Of a DNA stretch of 32,000 nt, positions 26,469-32,000 are shown piece after piece. Below the pieces are notes generated by a model, which was given only the letters and a program-made list of their open reading frames with translations, searched no databases and was not told the DNA's origin. The stretch's first letter is position 1. Each line of letters starts with the position of its first letter. The stretch is from Cellulosilyticaceae bacterium (GTDB lineage: Bacteria; Bacillota; Clostridia; Lachnospirales; Cellulosilyticaceae). The stretch is taken from contig JBOFEH010000062.1 in the NCBI GenBank assembly GCA_051647765.1, forward strand, positions 77,132 through 109,131, read 5' to 3'. A program made the position numbers and the translations under genes.

Positions 26469-27444
26469 ATTTATTAATAAGTTCAGAAATATTCTTGATT
26501 AGAATAGATAGTGTGCCATCAGGGTTATTGATAAATTCGATGGCCTGAGGGTCAGAGAGCATTTGTGTAGGGAGTTTGAGCTCAATACCTGTATTGGTCT
26601 TAAGTTTGTGAGAAGTGTATTTTTTGCCAACAGCCTCGGGTTTTGGCAGTTCAATCACATCGTCAACGAGACCAACAGCCTCTAGTTTTTGTTTGCAAGA
26701 GGAGGAGATTTCTTCGAAGTCTCCAAAAGTCTCTTCTAAAACTTTGTCAATCATGATGGTACTTGTAGTAGCAATGCTTTCAGCCAAATTGTTTTTTGCA
26801 AAAGAAATGCCTTCTACCTTGTTTTCGAAGTTTTCTACGATAGCATCTGTGACCACTTGTTCAATAACCTTGATTTTTTCTTTGACCGTAAGAGAAGATG
26901 AGCAGTCTAAAAGAAGATTCATATACTTTTCTTTGGATTGGTCAAGTAGAGTGACTTCAAGTGTATCTACATTGATGAGGGCGGCCTCTTGGATTTTGGA
27001 GGAGCCTGGGAAGATGCTCTTGTGTTTGATAATGCTATGGACAGGACCCGAAACCGCGTCCGTCTCTGTATAGTGGGTAAACTCTTCTTTGTAGTTGAGC
27101 TTTAAGAGGGCAATATAAGGGATGCCATCTTTTTGGAGCTGACTGACAATAAGGTCACCACTAGGAATCGTAGAGTAGTTCAGCATATAATTATAAAATT
27201 TACGTGCCAGATGGTTAGAGAAGTCTAGGAAGTCCATAGTATCCGTCGTAAAAATATGGAGAATGTCAGAATCGTGGTTAAAAACAACTTTAGAGGTTGC
27301 GTGGTCTTCAAATAGTCTGGTAATGGATTTTGTAAGGAAACTTTCAGTTTCATCATCTAAAGGGGTCATGCCTCCAGATAGAACAGGCATTTCCAGACTC
27401 AAATCTAACATGTGTACGATTGTATTTTGAAATAAAATACTCAT
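26467..27444 (-). CDS. NdpA/YejK-like nucleoid-associated protein
   Basis: 325 aa. The architecture resembles YejK by eye. The N-terminus is ..NTIVHMLD.., there is a central GDLIVSQLQKDGIPYIALLKLNY block, and the C-terminus reads GIELKLP......IEFINNPDGTLSILIK. Assigned from remembered family features only. Confidence 0.55.
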   Translation of the reverse strand: MSILFQNTIVHMLDLSLEMPVLSGGMTPLDDETESFLTKSITRLFEDHATSKVVFNHDSDILHIFTTDTMDFLDFSNHLARKFYNYMLNYSTIPSGDLIVSQLQKDGIPYIALLKLNYKEEFTHYTETDAVSGPVHSIIKHKSIFPGSSKIQEAALINVDTLEVTLLDQSKEKYMNLLLDCSSSLTVKEKIKVIEQVVTDAIVENFENKVEGISFAKNNLAESIATTSTIMIDKVLEETFGDFEEISSSCKQKLEAVGLVDDVIELPKPEAVGKKYTSHKLKTNTGIELKLPTQMLSDPQAIEFINNPDGTLSILIKNISELINK

Positions 27445-27461
27445 GATGATGCCCCTCTTTC

Positions 27462-27499
27462 ATAAAAATAATAGAGTTAGTCCTAAGACCAACTCTATT
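27462..27499 (-). terminator. Intrinsic terminator after the Wzy_C gene
   Basis: On the minus strand, AATAGAGTT (27499-27491) pairs with AACTCTATT (27478-27470) and is followed by ATTTTTA. Confidence 0.65.
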
Positions 27500-27530
27500 A
27501 TTATGTAGGACAAGTTTATAAAAGTAAAGC

Positions 27531-29402
27531 CTAAACATGTTTTTTGTAAAATTGATTATAAGCAATGCCTAGACCGAGTAGAGCCCAGAACAGAGGTGTT
27601 ACAGATAAGGTGGTATCATTAAAGAAGCTAGCCCCAAGGTATCCGATGATAGACAGGAGCAGTGCAATACCCAAAGTATCAAGGGCGGTATACTTTGACT
27701 TGAAGCCATAAAGCCTAAAACTATGAAGGATATAAGTCAGCATAATGCCCATGAAAGATAGTAATGCAAGGAGGCCTTGATTCGTCCAAATCTGTAGGTA
27801 AGTATTGTGAGGTTTATCCACACACATAAAACCATTGGAATAAGTCTTGAATTTGGCCCAGAAGTCATTTTGTGGGAACTCTAGCATAAAAGTATCAGGT
27901 CCGTTACCTACGAGAAGTGTCTCCTTGAGCATTGGGAAAGTACGAGACCAGATGTACCCACGTCCAGAACCAATACGTTCTTTGTCCGTAAAGCCAATAG
28001 ATGGGGCAACTTCAATTGTGATAGGCATGAAGTCCCAGTGATTTGTCGGTGTCACATTGCCACTAGCGTCTATGATGAATCCGCACACACCTATTGCATC
28101 AATTCCAAAGCGTAAGTAAGTCTTGCCTTCTTGTTGCTGCATCTCAAATAGATAGGACTCAAAAGGTGCATCCTTGAGAATGAAGGTGATTTGGTCTTGG
28201 CTGCTAAAGTCAACAGGTGTACCCTTCGCTGTCATAAACGTCAGCCCACCTTTTTCTAGATGAACAATAAGAGAATCCCCACTCTCTGTATGGAGTGTGA
28301 TGGTGTTGGTGTCGAAATCAAACCCATTAGGTGGGCTGGTGCTGTTGCTAGAGGTATTGCTTAGTGATTGTGTAGGTTGTGGTGTTAAGCCAAGCAGAAC
28401 GCCTGCATCAGTTATGAGACGAGTGAGCTGACCCGATAAGCCCAAAAAGACTAGGGTGATGATGAGCACAAGGCTGCAGGCTGTTCCGGTAATCCAGGCG
28501 GCTAGGCGATGTGTCTTAAACACTGTCTTGAGCCAAGCAAGTACTGTTGGAAACGCCTTAGAAAAAAGTATGATTCCAGCTACAAAACTCACGCAAACGC
28601 CAATCATACCCGCACGAGATGCAGAGGCAACAATCATAAAACAGGTACACAAGGTTAAGAGGCCGTAGAGTACACGTTGTTTGGTTTTGCGGCTAAGGAG
28701 CATCAAGGCTGCAAAGAACGGCATAGCTAAAGAAACCAAGCTACCAGTATAATTACGGTTACCGAGTGTGCCCTGCATAAAGCCTGGTTGGGTGGTTAAG
28801 AACCAAGGTTCTTTGCCATCAGCAGAGTAGTAGGTCTGCGCAAAATCCCCAGGAGCAACAAGTTCTCTAATCCCTATCCAGTGAAGTGGGTCATACCCTA
28901 TGTATTGGAAGAAACCGATGAAGGTTTGTAGGGCCACTAAAATCCCAAAACAAACAATCGCCCACTTAAAGTACTTAGGTTGATCTATGAGAATCATGGT
29001 ATAGAACATGACCATAATATAGCAAATAATAACCCCTAAGCCCTCAAAACGTGTGACACCCCCTACAATGGCACAGTTTTCAAATGTAGCTAAGTAAGCA
29101 GACAGTGTAGTCATCAAAATAAAGATAATCCCACAACTATAATATACATTAAATGGATGGCTGCGGTCGATTTGGACTTTGCGCCCAATGCACAGTACAG
29201 TGATAAGCATCCAGACTGTAATCCCTATAAAAACAAGGCTTTTGTAATAGAAAAACCAGTCTTTATGGATGGTGGTAAGCATGGCTGCGGACGACTCTGC
29301 ATCAAGCCTAAATGTAGTGAGATGCACAATGAACGGCAAAATTAAAAATAAAGCCCCCAGTGGCAAAAAGCGCCAAGGTATTTTTTTGAAAATAGATAGC
29401 AT
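27531..29402 (-). CDS. O-antigen ligase/polymerase-family (Wzy_C) polytopic membrane protein with a roughly 160-aa inserted extracytoplasmic domain
   Basis: At least 10 TM helices. Wzy_C-type blocks are present: GTLGNRNYTGSLVSLAMPF, ASASRAGMIG, GSGRGYIWSRTFPMLKETLLVGNGPDTF, KPHNTYLQIWTNQGLLALL. A soluble insert spans residues about 340-500 and begins with the S/T/P-rich linker TPQPTQSLSNTSSNSTSPP. Confidence 0.8.
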   Translation of the reverse strand: MLSIFKKIPWRFLPLGALFLILPFIVHLTTFRLDAESSAAMLTTIHKDWFFYYKSLVFIGITVWMLITVLCIGRKVQIDRSHPFNVYYSCGIIFILMTTLSAYLATFENCAIVGGVTRFEGLGVIICYIMVMFYTMILIDQPKYFKWAIVCFGILVALQTFIGFFQYIGYDPLHWIGIRELVAPGDFAQTYYSADGKEPWFLTTQPGFMQGTLGNRNYTGSLVSLAMPFFAALMLLSRKTKQRVLYGLLTLCTCFMIVASASRAGMIGVCVSFVAGIILFSKAFPTVLAWLKTVFKTHRLAAWITGTACSLVLIITLVFLGLSGQLTRLITDAGVLLGLTPQPTQSLSNTSSNSTSPPNGFDFDTNTITLHTESGDSLIVHLEKGGLTFMTAKGTPVDFSSQDQITFILKDAPFESYLFEMQQQEGKTYLRFGIDAIGVCGFIIDASGNVTPTNHWDFMPITIEVAPSIGFTDKERIGSGRGYIWSRTFPMLKETLLVGNGPDTFMLEFPQNDFWAKFKTYSNGFMCVDKPHNTYLQIWTNQGLLALLSFMGIMLTYILHSFRLYGFKSKYTALDTLGIALLLSIIGYLGASFFNDTTLSVTPLFWALLGLGIAYNQFYKKHV

Positions 29403-29460
29403 ACAAATTCCCCCTAAAAGTTATACTCTGATTATTCTAACATATCTAGAAGGGGATATA

Positions 29461-29504
29461 AATAAAAACAAAGCAAAGCATGACCTACAGGAACATGCTT
29501 TGCT
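29461..29504 (-). terminator. Intrinsic terminator after the sleC pair
   Basis: On the minus strand, AGCAAAGCATG - 11-nt loop - CATGCTTTGCT, followed by TTGTTTTTATTT. Confidence 0.8.
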
Positions 29505-29518
29505 AAAAAAATAGTTGA

Positions 29519-30820
29519 TTAAGGATTAAGTTCTCCTATTTTGGTAACCGCTACATAGATTTTGGAAATTTGGTACCAAGTGTTACGGCCAATGATGCCG
29601 TCCTGTGGAAGGTGGAAAATCTTTTGGAATGTCTTGACGGCTTCTTCTGTGGCAGCATCGAAGTTGCCATCACTTTTGACTTTTGGAATGAGTGGGTAGT
29701 TTTGGGCGATGCGGTTAAGTTGTTCTTGAATTTTGCGAACATTAGGACCACTATCACCTAGCTTCAGTGGGGTACCTGGGAAGGATTCGGGAACGCCTTG
29801 CACCTCAGGTGCAGATGGGAATAACAAATTCTCGCCGTAGTAGTACCGTAGGATTTCTTCCGCATTTTTGCCTTGGTCGCCAAAGGACTTGCTCCCCCAT
29901 TGGCTCATCCAGTTAGGACAAGAGGATTTGGCACCGTCACAGTACTGGGTAAGGAGTGGTTGCTCCACACCAGGGCGTTTGACAAAAGTATCAAAGTATT
30001 GGTCCACTACTTCATTGATGGTATCAAAAATATCTCGGCCATAGAAAAAGGCATGGTCAAAAGCAGTAGAATTGGTGATGGTAAAGCTCTTACCTTGGTT
30101 ACGGTACCATTCTGTAAACACACGGTTGAGGGTAAAGGAGATAATCGCAATAACATTGGCGAGGATGGTCTGGGTTGGCCAGGTAGGATAAACTTCTGAG
30201 GAAGCTACGTTTTTGATATAGTCCTTAAACCGCACTGTATAGTTAGGGGCACTATTATCGGTAGGTAAGCCGCCATGAACCACTACAAATTCGGGTACAA
30301 CCACAGAGTCTAGGGTGATAAAGCCTTTTGCAGAAGTATCTTTGACTTCAGATTCAGGTATTTTGGGAGGGAAGTTGCCGTAAAGTGTAGGGGGACCGAT
30401 CATAATGATACGGATGGTTTCCCGTAAGTCTCGCCTCACCGAACGTGCTAATGGTGGGAGGTAGATGGGTAAGATAGAACGGATATCTGTAAAAATTTGA
30501 TTGCCATCTACTTGGGTAGGTACAAAATCAGGTGAAACAGCTTCTACTGCATAGGTTGAAAAAGGCGTACGATTGGGGTTGGGTTCCAGGCTGAGTTCTA
30601 CAGGCGGTGCAGGGAGTTCGATAGGGACTGTTTGGCCTACGGCGTTGCTCGTCAGTTCTGCAATCGTACGAAATTCCCCAGAGGGAAGTCTCTCTTTGAT
30701 GCGTACAGGAATATTAGCAAGGGGAGTCAGATTGCCAAGAGAAGGATCAGTGGTGAGGTCGACGATGAGTGAGCCAAAAGTTTGTCTAGACATAGAAGGT
30801 GGATAAAAGTGAGTGGACAT
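29519..30820 (-). CDS. sleC: Spore cortex-lytic enzyme SleC (pre-pro form), paralogue 1
   Basis: SleC-specific blocks are present: FSTYAVEAVSPDF, TLYGNFPPKIPE, VVPEFVVVHGG.P...SAPNYTV.FKDYIKNVASSEVYPTWP.QTI.ANVIAIISFTLNRV.TEWYRN, QPLLTQYCDG, WGSK, ILRYYYGE. A C-terminal peptidoglycan-binding repeat follows: LKLGDSGPNVRKIQEQLN...AVKTFQKIFHLPQDGIIG. Confidence 0.9.
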   Translation of the reverse strand: MSTHFYPPSMSRQTFGSLIVDLTTDPSLGNLTPLANIPVRIKERLPSGEFRTIAELTSNAVGQTVPIELPAPPVELSLEPNPNRTPFSTYAVEAVSPDFVPTQVDGNQIFTDIRSILPIYLPPLARSVRRDLRETIRIIMIGPPTLYGNFPPKIPESEVKDTSAKGFITLDSVVVPEFVVVHGGLPTDNSAPNYTVRFKDYIKNVASSEVYPTWPTQTILANVIAIISFTLNRVFTEWYRNQGKSFTITNSTAFDHAFFYGRDIFDTINEVVDQYFDTFVKRPGVEQPLLTQYCDGAKSSCPNWMSQWGSKSFGDQGKNAEEILRYYYGENLLFPSAPEVQGVPESFPGTPLKLGDSGPNVRKIQEQLNRIAQNYPLIPKVKSDGNFDAATEEAVKTFQKIFHLPQDGIIGRNTWYQISKIYVAVTKIGELNP

Positions 30821-30836
30821 GATTTTGCTCCTTTCA

Positions 30837-32000
30837 TTAGGGCAAGAGTTCGCCTATTTTGGTGACAGCGACATAGATTTGAGAAATTTTGTACCAAGTA
30901 TCTTTGCCAACGATACCATCTTGTGGAAGGTGGAAGATTTTTTGGAAGGTCTTGACTGCTTCTTGAGTAGCTTCGTCAAAATTCCCTGAGGTTTTGATTT
31001 TTGGAATCAGTGGATAGTTGTTAGAAATGCGGTTGAGTTGTTCTTGGATTTTGCGAACATTGGCACCAGAATCACCTAACTTGAGAGGTTTGCCTGGATA
31101 AGACTGAGGTGTACCTTGTATTTCAGGTGCTTCAGGAAAGTTAAGGTCTTCTCCGTAGTAATAGCGAAGGATTTCATCAGCGTTCTTACCATCATCCCCC
31201 ATTTTTTTGCTTCCCCACTGGGTCATCCAGTTAGGACAGGAAGATTTGGCACCATCACAGTATTGGGTAAGTAGAGGTTGTTCAACGCCTGGACGTTTGA
31301 CATACACATTAAAGTATTCATCTACCACTTGGGAGATTGTATCAAAAATATCCCGGCCATAAAAGAAAGCATGGTCAAAGGCGGTGGAGTTGGTAATGGT
31401 GAAGCTCTTACCTTGATTACGGTACCACTCTGTATACACACGATTGAGTGTAAAAGAGACGATAGCGATGACATTGGCTAGTATGGTCTGGGTAGGCCAA
31501 GTGGGATAAATTTCGGAGGAAGCCACGTTTTTGATATAGTCCTTGAAGGCTACAGTATAGTTTGGGGCACTAGCATTAGTAGGGGTACCCGCATGGACAA
31601 TGACAAATTCAGGGACAACTACGCTGTCTAGGGTCACAAAGCCTTTTGCAGAAGTATCTTTGACTTCTGTTTCAGGTATTTTTGGGGGGTAGCTGCCCCA
31701 AAGTGTGGACGCGCCAATATCAATTTCGGTAGCTTCTTCTCTAAGGTGTGTGCGAAGGGATGTACGTGTTGGTACCAGATAGACCGGTAGGATGGAACGA
31801 ATATTAGAAAAAATCTGGGTGGCATTGATAACTGTTGGAATATAGTCTGAGGAGAGCACTTCTACAGTATATGTAGAATAAGGACGTACCTTAGATTGTG
31901 GCTCAGCAGTGAGCTCGTCAGGGGGGGCAAAAAGTTCAAGTGGGGAGGTTTGCCCCACTGCGTTTGTCACCAGTTCGGCAATGGTTTTTGTGGTGCCGTT
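30837..32000 (-). CDS. sleC: Spore cortex-lytic enzyme SleC, paralogue 2 (N-terminus off the window end)
   Basis: It has the same blocks as paralogue 1, and the core is near-identical. The reading frame stays open to position 32000: ..NGTTKTIAELVTNAVGQTSPLEL aligns with ..SGEFRTIAELTSNAVGQTVPIEL of paralogue 1. The 'M' at 31970 in the track is therefore an internal GTG (Val). It lies 16 nt upstream of paralogue 1, with an AAAGGAG SD between them. Confidence 0.9.
   Translation of the reverse strand, partial: NGTTKTIAELVTNAVGQTSPLELFAPPDELTAEPQSKVRPYSTYTVEVLSSDYIPTVINATQIFSNIRSILPVYLVPTRTSLRTHLREEATEIDIGASTLWGSYPPKIPETEVKDTSAKGFVTLDSVVVPEFVIVHAGTPTNASAPNYTVAFKDYIKNVASSEIYPTWPTQTILANVIAIVSFTLNRVYTEWYRNQGKSFTITNSTAFDHAFFYGRDIFDTISQVVDEYFNVYVKRPGVEQPLLTQYCDGAKSSCPNWMTQWGSKKMGDDGKNADEILRYYYGEDLNFPEAPEIQGTPQSYPGKPLKLGDSGANVRKIQEQLNRISNNYPLIPKIKTSGNFDEATQEAVKTFQKIFHLPQDGIVGKDTWYKISQIYVAVTKIGELLP

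Noticed and set aside
26615-27073. 152-aa ORF on the + strand inside the ndpA-like gene
   Set aside because: It is antisense to a well-supported CDS. Its Ser/Thr/Leu-rich low-complexity composition is typical of the reverse frame of a Glu/Asp/Lys-rich gene. It has no SD and no promoter.
1-32000. CRISPR arrays, transposases or integrases, prophage genes, toxin-antitoxin pairs or known defence-system genes
   Set aside because: No spaced direct repeats are present, and no ORF has recombinase, nuclease-defence or TA-like features. Intergenic space is minimal (largest gap 284 nt) and is accounted for by promoters, a T-box and terminators.

Overview
Densely coding, low-GC window that looks chromosomal and typical of a spore-forming Clostridia-type Firmicute. 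I see no transposase, integrase, CRISPR array, rRNA or tRNA. Order of content: (1) a partial TetR gene divergent from a GntR/FCD regulator. (2) An Asn-type T-box leader driving asnA plus a DUF606/YdcZ membrane protein. (3) nrdD-nrdG on the minus strand, with NrdR-box-like sites over the promoter. (4) A DEDDh 3'-5' exonuclease and an alpha/beta hydrolase. (5) Three tandem Csp-type S8 subtilases (germination proteases), all with intact Asp/His/Ser triads. (6) A three-gene module of MacB-type ABC ATPase, a 784-aa multi-CARDB/COG1361 surface protein, and an FtsX-type permease. (7) A near-complete Gram-positive type IV pilus operon: pilC, pilMN fusion, pilO, two small prepilins, a 447-aa PilX_N + beta-helix protein, pilB, pilT and pilA. 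No prepilin peptidase is present. (8) An NdpA/YejK-like nucleoid-associated protein and a 623-aa O-antigen-ligase-family (Wzy_C) membrane protein. (9) Two tandem sleC paralogues (spore cortex-lytic enzyme, the Csp substrate), the second running off the window end. Nothing here is demonstrably a new system from sequence alone. The best candidates for undescribed biology are the ABC-CARDB-FtsX module, the PilX_N/beta-helix pilus protein, the Wzy_C protein with a large inserted loop near an S/T-rich pilin, and T-box co-regulation of a DUF606 transporter with asnA. All family assignments rest on motifs I recognise by eye in the translations. No database search was run.
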